Translations under genes and position numbers: made by a program | The notes under the pieces: model-generated | What the model was told of the DNA's origin: nothing | Database searches by the model: none | The model's input: the letters and a program-made list of their open reading frames with translations, nothing else | Assembly: GCA_039805765.1 (NCBI GenBank) | Contig: JBDLTP010000050.1 | Coordinates: forward strand, 10,378 to 74,377 | Source of the DNA: Pseudomonadota bacterium | Lineage (GTDB): Bacteria; Pseudomonadota; Gammaproteobacteria; Methylococcales; Methylomonadaceae | Direction of reading: 5' to 3' | DNA: 64,000 nucleotides | Shown here: one piece after another, positions 48,901 through 58,625 of the stretch | Layout: each line of letters starts with the position of its first letter | Position numbering within the stretch: position 1 is the stretch's first letter

Positions 48901-51900
48901 AGTATTGGTGTTGACGCCGCACTTAAGGTAGAGAAGTCCCACTCCGTTGCTAATGTCATAGGCCCACTAACATTATTTATTTCTACGCCATGTCGTAAAG
49001 CGACCCCATGACCTAAAGTGGATTCTATTGCGTTGGCATTTGCCATGTAGCTGTTAAGATCGGTATTAATGGTATTCGACAAGCTTTTTATATCAGTACT
49101 ATAACTCGTCATTAAGGCACTCATATCCGTTTCAATGGTGCTTGATAATTTATCTATATCCGCATTCGTCATCGCGCCAGTTTTAGCGGTCATGTAATTA
49201 TTAACATTTTGGGTAATGATGCTTGATAAACTAGGAATATCATCACCCGTTATTGAACTGGCATTTGCTAAGTAATTGGTAATGTCTGTCGTAATTATTT
49301 TAGATAAATTATCAGTATCATCAGTGGTAATTGTGCTGACGGTAGCCAAATAATTAGTGATATTTAGCGGAATGCTACTGGATAAACCAGTGATGACATC
49401 ATCAATCATCGGGTAAGAAGGAAGGCTACTAACCAAACTGGTATCATATTTTTGAAACCCAACTGCATCAAACTGATTTGCACCCGTAACCGTGCCGTTA
49501 ATGGGCGCTATATTAATACCAGAATTTGCCTCGGTATTACGCATAGCATTTAAGGTAACGTTACCCCCAATGCCTGAATTGCCTGCCACATTTATTTGGG
49601 ATTCAGGTAATAGAGTAATAATACCGCCAGGCAAAGCATTCGTTCCCAAGGTCGATAAAGAAACATGACCGCCCGTGCTTCCAGTAGCTGAAAGTAAACT
49701 CCCCTTTTCCAAGGTAATATCCTTTGCCGCAAACAAATAAATATTGCCTGCCTTGTCTAAACTATCCGTGCTTAACTTGCCGCTAATATCAATACTTCCA
49801 CTATCCGCAACCAAACTAATCGCTTTTGCCGTGATGACATCACCCGCCGCTTGAACAATATCTGTCACTCGACTTCTTAAATAAATTGCTTGATTTACAC
49901 CTGATGTCATCAATTTATTCATCAAACTATCAAAACCCTGCGTTGATGAAAAACTCGATAAATCAATATTGGCATTCGCACCAGTGGCTTTAAGACTTCC
50001 ATCTACATTAACTGTATTTTGAGGCGCTTTTAAAATAAGACTGCCTCCTGAAGCGTTGTCACCTCCTGCACTAATATCTAATGACGCGTCAATGCCTAAA
50101 GCAACACTGCCATTGCTTGAATTTGCACTAAAAAATCCGCCTGGAGTGTCACTGACTAAATCTGCAAATTTAACCGTTTGTCCTGCAAGATTGATAGTCG
50201 ACTTACCATTAACGGCTATATCGCCAATGGCATTTAATTCCAGTCTACCTGAAGGCATAAGTAAGTTTACATCTTGCAAAGTAATAGTATTTGCAGACAC
50301 CCCAATCCGCCCACCTAGCTCATTAAAAACCGGTAACGTATTGTTTGCATGACCATTTATCATCACATTATAACCAGCACCAGTTGATGCATCTAATAAT
50401 AAACTATGCCCGCCCGTGGTATTGATTAGACCCGCGGTTAAGTTTAGGTCTGTTGCTAAATGAAGAACACTATTACCCGTGGCTGAAAATTGTTTATCTA
50501 CATTGAAATCCGCCGTAGTAAAACCATCTATTGCAATTTCTCCCTTAGTGACATTAAGTTGGGCTGTATTGAGATTAAGCGTGCCTGTTCCAGTGCCTGC
50601 TGGAGTGGAGGCATTACCGCTGGTGTTTTGTAAATCAATTATATTCGCTTTGATCATAACTGAATTAATAGGATTACTGCTTAGCGCAGTACCTTCAAAA
50701 CCTGATAGCGATTTTGCATCTAAGACTAAATGATTAAACTGAATTGGCGTCAGGATATTATCGGCATCAAGTTGACCTACGTCACCATAGAAATTAATTG
50801 AGCTTAAACTGGTTAATGTGACATCATTTCCTTTTAAATTTGACAGGTTTTGATTCGTCAAATTTAAAGCATCCGCCGTCAACGCAGAAACATCCCCTAA
50901 ATTAATTGCGTTAGCTTCCATATTAATGGATCCTCCCGACATATTAATATTGCCATTTAGACTGGTTGAATGACTCCCTGCAAGTAACATAGATTTCGTT
51001 GATGTTAGAGTCGAGTCTGCGTCAATTAACAGATCACCATTTGTGCCAACTGGATTTGTAGCATCTGGATCAACCTGTCTATTGAGATTGATTTGCTTAT
51101 CTGCGGACACTCTCAAAAAAGCGCCATCGCCTTTTAACACAATATCCGATACGCCAGTGTTAACTTGACCCGTCGCATTGATGCTGGCTCCCGATGAAAC
51201 ATGAACACGCTGATTTCCAGCCGCCATTAAATCTAAAGCTTGAATACTCACGCCCTCATCAAAACTCACATTATCAGCCGATACCAAGAGATTGGTCTTG
51301 CCAGTGGCATTATCAATTGTTCGGGTGCCACCCAATAATAAGCTGTCTACTTTTAAATTATTAAGATCTTGTGCCAAGAGTTGCAGTCCAAGGGTTGCAT
51401 TACTTGAATCAGCATTAATCACATTGATATTTTGTGCAGAAATATCCATTTTTGCACCTCTACCATTACCATTTGAAGTCGCTACTTTAAACTGACCTTC
51501 CAACACCAGTTGCGTACTCGCATTAATCGATATTTGCCCACTATCTTCAGGCAATAATGGCAAACTGACATGATTAACAATCGATTGATTTGTATAGAAT
51601 TTATTGGCGGTCTCAATGTTGTATTGTGAATTCTTTTGCACCACATCGCTGGATTCAATTAAATAACCACTGTTAAGCGATGGCTGATAATTAGTGCCTG
51701 CAATAGTTTGATAACCAGAAACAATCGGTAGTCCACTCACAGTGGTTGTCGTCATGAATTGATCTAATGTATTGCCTTGTGGCGTCACCAAAAAAGTCCC
51801 TGGCAATAAGGCATAATACGAAGGCAACATGGTATAAAAACCAGCGGCTAAATTTGATGAAGCGCTTAGGAATACTTGCGCTCTTGGATCGTTCGCAAAA

Positions 51901-54900
51901 CCAGCTGATAAATTAGGATCATAAGGCGCTAAGGTAGAAACACCTAACGAGGGCATTATCGCAAAGCCACCATTATAACTTGCACTGCCTGGCATTAAGT
52001 AATCGTAATCACCCCCTGGCCCCGGCTGAAAAGTAGCTGTCATTAAATCACCGCCACCTGAAACATTCACCACGCTCCCTTTATTAAACTGTATATTGGG
52101 TGAATTAAAGGAGATTTGTTTGACGCCCAAACTATTATTGTCAGGCGCTGAATTAAACACGAGGTTGTTACCTCCAGCAAACGAATACATCCACACATTA
52201 TTTAAAAGTGTCCCAAAAGGAATCAATTGACCTTCCGTGGAAACAGAGGTGTAACTATCCGCATTAAAAAGTAAACTGTCGGCTGCATTAAACGTGATAT
52301 TGCCTGAAGGCGCTTTTATCACCCCATTTTGATTAATCGTCGGCGCATTAAAGCTTAAGCTACCCGCCGCAGATAAAGGGGTCACATCTGTGTTCTGACC
52401 TGATAAGGTTAACTGACTGCTTGGATCCGTCACATTGAACGTAAATTTTGTTAACGTTGAGGGGTATAACTGACTAGCCTGCAAATTCAGATTACCCGCT
52501 GTTGTTAAACTGCCGATATAAGCCTTAGTTGTCGGATCAAAATTTACCCCTACAGTTCTCATATCATGCTTAGCATTTAAATTGACCTCACTAAACCCAG
52601 TCAATACAGAAGACCCTTTTAGTTCAATATTACGTGCATTTGCTGTCAACGCGCCATCACCGATTTCTGCGATATCATTCACATCAGTGATATCAAGTGT
52701 GGATGAGCCTAACGCTAAATAGCCAGTATTAATTGCCGCTGCATTGCTTAGGCTATCATTGCTAGCCCAGCTTAATTTTTGGGCATCTAAAATAATGCTC
52801 GAAGGGATGCTCACGTTAACATCACCTAAAAGTCGAACAGAACCCGCTCTAGATTGATTAATTTGATAAGGTACATTTAAAGTTAAATTATCTATACCTG
52901 CTTGCTGAATTTTTTGACTACTCAGTACCGCCTGTCCATTGAATGAATCCGCAATTTCATCGCCAAAACTCGACGTATTTGGCAATAAAGCGGTATCTTG
53001 CTGCTGCACATCAATATGCAGCTCATTGATTGGGAATATTCCAGACTCATTTCTTGCGCTTCGATCAAGTATTACATTCAAACTTCCACCAGCATTCGTC
53101 GCCAAGCCTTTTTTAGCACTGAGATTTCCATCTAATATGATACCTTCAGCCGCTTTAATGTTTATCTGACCCGCATTTGATCCGATGACTTTATATGTGG
53201 TCTGCAATGTATTTAAAGTGGGTATGACTAATTTAGCGTTAGCACCGTTCACGTTGATACTTGAGCCTTCTGCAAATATCGCATAGCCCCGATTAGCGAC
53301 AACATTGACCGTACCACCATCAAGCACGCTACCGGTTTTTCTTCCAAGCGCATCAATGGGATTCAGTAATGTTGTCCCTTGCGCATTGAGACTAGCAAGT
53401 GAATCAATCCAAATTGCCTGATTAGGGTTGTATTCTCCGCCTGCATCGGCTGTTAAATTTAAATTTATTGTCCCAGCTGGCGCGTTAATTAAGCCATTAA
53501 TATAAATACCGGGCCCTGTATTTTTGGCATTGATGGTGACCGTTGAGCCCTTTTCCATATGAATTTGACTGTCCTTTGCCATCGTAACACCTGTTTGACC
53601 GGTTAAAGTCAAACTGATTGGCGCCCTAGCGTTTTCTGGTAAGGTTGTTAATTGACCAAGGTCTTTAAGTGATTTTGAACCAGATTGCTGTCTAAAGTTC
53701 GTGTTTAACAGTCTATTTTTATCTAAAAATGACAATTTAGTATTGGCATTAAGGGTAATATCTTGAATGGTGCTTTCTAAACTGATGGTATTAAAGCCCG
53801 CGTTAGCCGTAAGGTCTAACACCCCATTACTCACCCCTAAATTAAGCGCATCAGGATCAACGTCAGCCTCACTGCTACCAATGTTTATTTTATTAGTGAT
53901 CACGCTTAGGCTACCACCTTGACTGATTCCTATTGCTGATAAAGCATTTTGGGCTACTTTATCGCCATTAAATAAAATACTATTGGCATTGAATTTTATT
54001 GAACCCGCCCTACCGGCACTGACATTGTCAGCACCAACATTGAGTTGTGCGCCACCATCTGCCTTAATCTTAGCGCCCTCATCGAGATTTAATTGCGTTG
54101 CGGTTAGGTTTACCTTACCGGCATGAATGGCTAAAGGGGTATTATTGCCATCTTTAAAATCATTAACCCAATTACCTGATACATTTAACTGCGAATTCGC
54201 TAATAAATTAATCTGTCCACTCGACGGATCACTTGACGTTACTGCATTTAGTGCTAACGTGCCACCGGGTGTATAAATAGATCCGGCAATATTAAATGTA
54301 GACGCGTCAACAGACAAGCTACTGAGCATTGGCATTGAGAGATTAGCGTCTTCAACGACGCTCACATTCCCTGCTGTTTTGATGACAAAATTACTTAAAC
54401 CAGACCCATTAAATAATTCCGTTGATAAAGTAATAGGTGACACGCTGTCTATGCTGTCATTAATACCAATTGCATCTTGTTCTAATAGTGTTTTTTGAAT
54501 AACGACATCTTGATTTGATAAAAATGAACTCTCAGGATTCGTTGAGCCACCATTATCATTTTGATTGATGGTAAGACTTCCGCCAAAAGCGGGTGTGCTG
54601 CGTTGATTAATACTTGTGACCGCACCCGCTATCACAGTACCCGCCCAAGCGGTCACAGGACTTTGTATATTTAGTGCACCAGCATCGGCGCCATCAGTAT
54701 AGCCCGCTTGATATTGTCCACTATTGAGTGGCGTCAGGATGTTAAAAGACTCTTTCACCCCCCATTTTTCATTATCCTTTGTGTAAACACCATAAATTGA
54801 TGAATATTTCTGATTAGGGTCAGCATTGCTTATATTAACGACGCGTCCCGTATCGGCATTCACCAATTGGGTAGTATTAACAACTCCACCTTGATAGGTA

Positions 54901-56468
54901 ACAGATCCACCGGCAATATTTGTAACCGCGCCTTTATTGACGACGGTATCACCACCAGAAACCAAATTAACAGTCCCCCCCTTACTTAAACGCTCATTTA
55001 TGCCCCGAGATAATGAAGCGGATGCACTGCTAGCATCAACAATAGTGGGCAGATTTCGCACATCCACTTGAACAGTCTTGCCTTGTAAAACGCCGCCACG
55101 TTGGTATGGAGCATTACGCAAATTGAAGCTTTGAATTGAGACGGCTGCTTCATTTCTTGACATGGGAACAGTCGTATTTGTTGAACCCGCAACATCTATC
55201 TTTGCGCCCTCCTCTAGATGAATACGTCCTGACGTTCCCGTAAACTGCGCGCCAGGCATATCAACACTATTAGACGCAGTTAAATTAACTAAGCCACTAG
55301 TTGCTTCAATGGTTGAACCAGACTGAAGGTCAATTTTATTCGCGTTGACCTCAACCGTTGATTTTTTTTGACTTTGCTCATCTATGGCACTACCGCTATT
55401 AACATCAGCCAAAATTGAGGTCGTACTTCCTGAGCCAAACGTCACTGATCCTGCTTGTTCTGTCTCCAAACCAGCATCACGCACTGTTTGACTTGCTGTT
55501 AAAGCCCCTGTACTTGGATCGGCAATAGCCTTTTCTCGCGCCAGTAATCTAATCGATCCATTTGTATTCACAGAGGTGGTCGCACTTAAACGCCCCGATT
55601 GATTTACCGCAAAACCTGCCAAGGTAACATTGCCTTCACGTACAGCAACATTAGCCCCAGCGTTATTATTCACTTTTCCACCCGCTGCCACTTCTACCAA
55701 TAAGCCAGCAAAGGGACTAGAGCTAGAGGCGGGCTGAAGATAAACATTATCTTCACTTGCAACTAGCAGTATCTGCCCATTTTGATCAGCGGTAATAGAA
55801 CCTGAATTATTCACCGTGGGCGCCGCTAAAATAGCAGTCCCTTTTTGCCCTATATGTATTTTTGCACCCGCTTGAACTTCAATTACCGCATTGCTTTCGG
55901 CTCCACCACTTAAAGCGGCTGTTGGTGTATTTGGATTATTATCAAAGGTTCGAATTATTCCATTATTAAAATTAGCATCCGAAATATTCAACGCTGAAGC
56001 GACTAAAGTATTCGCATCAACAGTAGAATCTTTGCCAAAGACAATACCATTATTGTTCACCAAATAAACTTGACCATTCGCAGACAGCGTCCCCATTATT
56101 TGGGTCGCATTAGCATCGTGAATATTATTAAGTGCTGAGGCGGTAGCTGAAGGTTGCACAAACTTGACGCCATAACCTTTATCAATATTGAAACTTTTCC
56201 AATCAATAACCGCTGTCTTTGTTGTTTGGGTAATGGTTTGCTGAGTACCGTTAATTGCCATAGTCGCGTTACCACGAGCGGCACTTCCGTCCGTAATGGT
56301 TGGGCCAGCAATGACAGGAACTGGGAGTGGATCAGCATTGACCTTCACCATACCTGACCCAACGAACAAGCCACCCGCAATTACGACCCGAATCCCGGCA
56401 ACAAGCGGCTTAAGCTTAAAGAAATCATCCGATGAATTAGTTTTGTTTGTAGAATGCTTGGTGGTCAT
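45972..56468 (-). CDS. Giant two-partner-secretion exoprotein (TpsA, filamentous haemagglutinin family), 3498 aa
   Basis: N-terminal TPS domain (ITQTTKTAVIDWKSFNIDKGYGVKFVQPSATASALNNI...GTLSANGQVYLVNNNGIVFG). Thousands of residues of Gly/Asn/Ser/Thr-rich beta-helix repeats. The C-terminal region resembles the DUF3739-type end (GGDIVIWSSEGNIDAGKGAKSA ... SIDILGFGD). Confidence 0.92.
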   Translation of the reverse strand: MTTKHSTNKTNSSDDFFKLKPLVAGIRVVIAGGLFVGSGMVKVNADPLPVPVIAGPTITDGSAARGNATMAINGTQQTITQTTKTAVIDWKSFNIDKGYGVKFVQPSATASALNNIHDANATQIMGTLSANGQVYLVNNNGIVFGKDSTVDANTLVASALNISDANFNNGIIRTFDNNPNTPTAALSGGAESNAVIEVQAGAKIHIGQKGTAILAAPTVNNSGSITADQNGQILLVASEDNVYLQPASSSSPFAGLLVEVAAGGKVNNNAGANVAVREGNVTLAGFAVNQSGRLSATTSVNTNGSIRLLAREKAIADPSTGALTASQTVRDAGLETEQAGSVTFGSGSTTSILADVNSGSAIDEQSQKKSTVEVNANKIDLQSGSTIEATSGLVNLTASNSVDMPGAQFTGTSGRIHLEEGAKIDVAGSTNTTVPMSRNEAAVSIQSFNLRNAPYQRGGVLQGKTVQVDVRNLPTIVDASSASASLSRGINERLSKGGTVNLVSGGDTVVNKGAVTNIAGGSVTYQGGVVNTTQLVNADTGRVVNISNADPNQKYSSIYGVYTKDNEKWGVKESFNILTPLNSGQYQAGYTDGADAGALNIQSPVTAWAGTVIAGAVTSINQRSTPAFGGSLTINQNDNGGSTNPESSFLSNQDVVIQKTLLEQDAIGINDSIDSVSPITLSTELFNGSGLSNFVIKTAGNVSVVEDANLSMPMLSSLSVDASTFNIAGSIYTPGGTLALNAVTSSDPSSGQINLLANSQLNVSGNWVNDFKDGNNTPLAIHAGKVNLTATQLNLDEGAKIKADGGAQLNVGADNVSAGRAGSIKFNANSILFNGDKVAQNALSAIGISQGGSLSVITNKINIGSSEADVDPDALNLGVSNGVLDLTANAGFNTISLESTIQDITLNANTKLSFLDKNRLLNTNFRQQSGSKSLKDLGQLTTLPENARAPISLTLTGQTGVTMAKDSQIHMEKGSTVTINAKNTGPGIYINGLINAPAGTINLNLTADAGGEYNPNQAIWIDSLASLNAQGTTLLNPIDALGRKTGSVLDGGTVNVVANRGYAIFAEGSSINVNGANAKLVIPTLNTLQTTYKVIGSNAGQINIKAAEGIILDGNLSAKKGLATNAGGSLNVILDRSARNESGIFPINELHIDVQQQDTALLPNTSSFGDEIADSFNGQAVLSSQKIQQAGIDNLTLNVPYQINQSRAGSVRLLGDVNVSIPSSIILDAQKLSWASNDSLSNAAAINTGYLALGSSTLDITDVNDIAEIGDGALTANARNIELKGSSVLTGFSEVNLNAKHDMRTVGVNFDPTTKAYIGSLTTAGNLNLQASQLYPSTLTKFTFNVTDPSSQLTLSGQNTDVTPLSAAGSLSFNAPTINQNGVIKAPSGNITFNAADSLLFNADSYTSVSTEGQLIPFGTLLNNVWMYSFAGGNNLVFNSAPDNNSLGVKQISFNSPNIQFNKGSVVNVSGGGDLMTATFQPGPGGDYDYLMPGSASYNGGFAIMPSLGVSTLAPYDPNLSAGFANDPRAQVFLSASSNLAAGFYTMLPSYYALLPGTFLVTPQGNTLDQFMTTTTVSGLPIVSGYQTIAGTNYQPSLNSGYLIESSDVVQKNSQYNIETANKFYTNQSIVNHVSLPLLPEDSGQISINASTQLVLEGQFKVATSNGNGRGAKMDISAQNINVINADSSNATLGLQLLAQDLNNLKVDSLLLGGTRTIDNATGKTNLLVSADNVSFDEGVSIQALDLMAAGNQRVHVSSGASINATGQVNTGVSDIVLKGDGAFLRVSADKQINLNRQVDPDATNPVGTNGDLLIDADSTLTSTKSMLLAGSHSTSLNGNINMSGGSINMEANAINLGDVSALTADALNLTNQNLSNLKGNDVTLTSLSSINFYGDVGQLDADNILTPIQFNHLVLDAKSLSGFEGTALSSNPINSVMIKANIIDLQNTSGNASTPAGTGTGTLNLNTAQLNVTKGEIAIDGFTTADFNVDKQFSATGNSVLHLATDLNLTAGLINTTGGHSLLLDASTGAGYNVMINGHANNTLPVFNELGGRIGVSANTITLQDVNLLMPSGRLELNAIGDIAVNGKSTINLAGQTVKFADLVSDTPGGFFSANSSNGSVALGIDASLDISAGGDNASGGSLILKAPQNTVNVDGSLKATGANANIDLSSFSSTQGFDSLMNKLMTSGVNQAIYLRSRVTDIVQAAGDVITAKAISLVADSGSIDISGKLSTDSLDKAGNIYLFAAKDITLEKGSLLSATGSTGGHVSLSTLGTNALPGGIITLLPESQINVAGNSGIGGNVTLNAMRNTEANSGINIAPINGTVTGANQFDAVGFQKYDTSLVSSLPSYPMIDDVITGLSSSIPLNITNYLATVSTITTDDTDNLSKIITTDITNYLANASSITGDDIPSLSSIITQNVNNYMTAKTGAMTNADIDKLSSTIETDMSALMTSYSTDIKSLSNTINTDLNSYMANANAIESTLGHGVALRHGVEINNVSGPMTLATEWDFSTLSAASTPILGELIVRSAGPLNINASLKDGYLNNGSTLMNTNSWSFQLVSGADLSSADTMATTSLSVADKLNSQETSDLTIGSGSSLHTGTGDIKLASGGNLILTDQTASIYTGGRATVYDNKDMNTSPTGTLDNVTLGTGSLADQTLASIITGDYPIAGGNVDIRASGDIKGAVSNQFIRSTFDGASWLGVQGRPFDSDNKNNNLLTTWAVNASLFEQNIGSFGGGGVTVSALGNINDLSVMMPTTGKQLGTDYATSALDVQGGGQMSVVAGGNIAGGAYFLGQGIGTISAGGQISGSYSTESNAFVSGPQLVMSGNQRHPLTGNTHLTLNANQGIKITGVSDAMVLQNLNNGTQFFSYTDKSKLTLNALGGDIHLNSDTKVISTILSIDENLSSLERWLPHVYPASLEATTFNGSAILDSDIILYPSASANVNVLAKQGIKSNTNLDLGTGIYSLTMSDANTDLLANAFNTVGGKQDATYSMFNTEIIDSNGPQSPYMHGTEPLHKDNTSARFVTQLGDISSVAINMSKQTIVQSGKDLVNSPILIQQNNATDASIISADRDIKFVTDLDSNGSPTLANNSYQIQVAGPGNALVKTGRNLDLGDSVGMTTVGNFFNPALVATGANLDLLVGLNGGTPNYVAFINKYVLANPLYAKENTKLTTLITPYMQQISGNRNLSNAEALAEFLTLKPIQTLAIQPQLNAILTPVFFNELKLAGTASAADKTKGNAGGFTAIETLFPGNKWQGELMIPFSKIQTISGGDINLFVPGGQVNAGLAVAPTGVKTPDKLGIVAQTQGSINAYVKNDFTVNTSRVFTLGGGDIVIWSSEGNIDAGKGAKSALAVTVNAPYFDKITNQLVIPAPTITSGSGIRAASAPGQKAGNVSLFAPKGIVNAGEAGIGGNNVTISATAVMGGNNIQVGGTSTGVPQASSGGMAAGLTGASNLTANVSQVGQALSGVDDKESQSAKNNTLSILSIDILGFGD

Positions 56469-56620
56469 GTAGATAACCTTACTATATGTTGACGATAAGA
56501 GAAGTTATGTGGCTTCGCATGAAACGATAATGAATGGTGTTGATGCAATAGCCGCTAAGTCTTTGTGGCTAAACCTATGACCACAAAAAAATTTGTTTAT
56601 TTGATTGGTTTTACAGTGTC

Positions 56621-58273
56621 TTAAAACTCTGTTGCAATATTAAAATTAAAACGTGGATCGCCTGTTTTCACTTCACCTAAGTTGATTAATGGAATACCTA
56701 CATCAAACGTGGCTAACAAGTATTTTTTGATATGAAAATTAAAACCTGCACCACTCGCCGCAAGTTGGTATTGACTTTCCTGACCAGGCAATGGACTCTG
56801 CACCCAACCCGTTGCGCCGTCGATAAAGGTAAATAATTTAAAATTATTAAAGTAGGCGTTTTCTAAATGATTTAAATTAGGCGAATAAAGCTCAACGGAT
56901 CCAAACGTACCCGAATCCGATAACGCTTGCGTTTCGTAGTACCCTCGCACGTTTAAAGCCCCCCCCATAGAAAATTGTTCGTTACTAATTAAAGGCGAGT
57001 CCGCTACCTGAGCACTTATATGACTCTTTAATTCCATACCTAGCGGTAAGTCATGTTGATGCCTTAAATCACCTGCCAAATAAAAATAATTAGCATTGGA
57101 TTTATAGCGTTTTCTATCGAAATCTTCTTGGTTATTACCTAAATCTCGTACAGAAAAATGCAAGCCCAATTCAAAGCTAGTCAAAGAATCTTCTCTTCGA
57201 ACATTGCCACTATATTGAGTTAAAAAGGGTAAATAGGTAATCGGGGTATTTATTGAACCGCCAGCACTCGCACTTAGACCAATACTCTCTTTAAAATTTT
57301 TATAATCAACTCCAAAAGTTGCGTTATGTGAATAGTTTTCGATGGATGCAAAAGGCTTAATGAGTCTTGCACCATAAATACTCCCCGCACCAATAATTGC
57401 CTGAGTCCCTGCATAAGCGATGTTCGAAGATGAATCCACGCCGTAAAGCGCAAGGCGCATATCTGAGCTAAATAGGGGCATGACGTACGTACCCGACCAT
57501 ATTTGAACCTGTGACGCATCTTCAGGTGACACCATATACATCAATGACGCACTATGCATAGCCTGCCATAAATTGTCATAATGCATTGTAGTGACTAAAC
57601 GTAGACGATCCGTGGATTGCGAATTTCGACCATTAAGCTCTACACGCCCATGAAAAGGCAGCTCATCTTTGACTTTTAAGTCGACTTCTAAGGTACCAGG
57701 CGTATCCCCTGCACGCAAAACAGGTTGGATTTTACGATCTGGACTTTGACCGGCCAATTCGGCTAATTGCTTTTGCATGGTTGGAAAATGAGGCACATTG
57801 CCTTCGGCTAATTCAGGTACGCCTTCTTTAATTTTTCCCATAGAAAAATAATGCGAGTCTTTAACTCTTAGGCGCGATACGCTGCCCTCAACCACTTGTA
57901 AATAAACGATACCGTTTTTAACGTCTTGCTCAGGAATATCCACGGATATCGTTTGATAGCCATTAGTTCTATATAATTCTTCTAAAGCCGTTCGCGCTAA
58001 ATCTACACTGTCTAACGTTTTTTTAAGACCCAAAAAAGGATATAAGGTACGCTCCATTTCTTGCGTATTTAATTTGGTATTGCCTTTCACACGCAATTCT
58101 AATAAATCAAAACCTACTGGTTTTGGCGCTGTTTTGGAAGCACCTTCAGTTTCAGGGACGTTTTGCTCTTGTTGGCTGTACACAACGTCTGCATATAATG
58201 CGAATACAAGACTCGTAGTACATAGAACTGAGCGGGTCAAAAACGGAGTATACTTATTTAATTTCAATGACAT
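56621..58273 (-). CDS. TpsB outer-membrane transporter (ShlB/FhaC/HecB family)
   Basis: Signal peptide, POTRA-like region, 16-strand-type barrel ending in ...NIATEF. Immediately upstream of the TpsA gene. Start taken at MSLKLNKYTP (58273). Confidence 0.88.
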   Translation of the reverse strand: MSLKLNKYTPFLTRSVLCTTSLVFALYADVVYSQQEQNVPETEGASKTAPKPVGFDLLELRVKGNTKLNTQEMERTLYPFLGLKKTLDSVDLARTALEELYRTNGYQTISVDIPEQDVKNGIVYLQVVEGSVSRLRVKDSHYFSMGKIKEGVPELAEGNVPHFPTMQKQLAELAGQSPDRKIQPVLRAGDTPGTLEVDLKVKDELPFHGRVELNGRNSQSTDRLRLVTTMHYDNLWQAMHSASLMYMVSPEDASQVQIWSGTYVMPLFSSDMRLALYGVDSSSNIAYAGTQAIIGAGSIYGARLIKPFASIENYSHNATFGVDYKNFKESIGLSASAGGSINTPITYLPFLTQYSGNVRREDSLTSFELGLHFSVRDLGNNQEDFDRKRYKSNANYFYLAGDLRHQHDLPLGMELKSHISAQVADSPLISNEQFSMGGALNVRGYYETQALSDSGTFGSVELYSPNLNHLENAYFNNFKLFTFIDGATGWVQSPLPGQESQYQLAASGAGFNFHIKKYLLATFDVGIPLINLGEVKTGDPRFNFNIATEF

Positions 58274-58550
58274 ACCATTTAAATTTATTTCAATTATTGA
58301 TAAAGACTTTGAGAAGGTACTTTCTAATATCATCATATTAAAGCTAGGTTAACTCTAGATTTAACCTTAAACCCTTAAACATCATGCCTGAGAAACAGAC
58401 GTCGCCTTCATTGAATGATTTACTTTTGTACTTGGGAATATGCACGACATAAGTTGACTAATGATAAAAAACGAATGTATTCGATTCTATCCAACTTACA
58501 CACCAATAAATGATTGATTTCATAAACATTCCTAAATAATGATGACAAAC

Positions 58551-58577
58551 AAAAAAACAGCCGCCTTTCGGCGACTG
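58551..58577 (-). terminator. Rho-independent terminator
   Basis: Minus strand CAGUCGCC-GAAA-GGCGGCUG (one G-U pair, GNRA loop) followed by U7. It lies 49 nt after the stop at 58626, so it insulates that gene from tpsB. Confidence 0.8.
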
Positions 58578-58625
58578 ATTTTTCTTATGAACTATTTAGA
58601 AAATAGTGATTTAAACTAAGTGAAT

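Noticed and set aside
46290-56357. About a dozen 60-100 aa ORFs in the track, mostly on the plus strand with a few out-of-frame on the minus strand (e.g. 46290-46598, 50056-50352, 50479-50733, 52939-53169, 56154-56357).
   Set aside because: All lie inside the 10.5-kb tpsA ORF, antisense or out of frame. Their Ser/Pro/Ala/Leu-rich composition is what such readings of a Gly/Asn/Thr-rich repeat gene give. None has an RBS or recognisable motifs.
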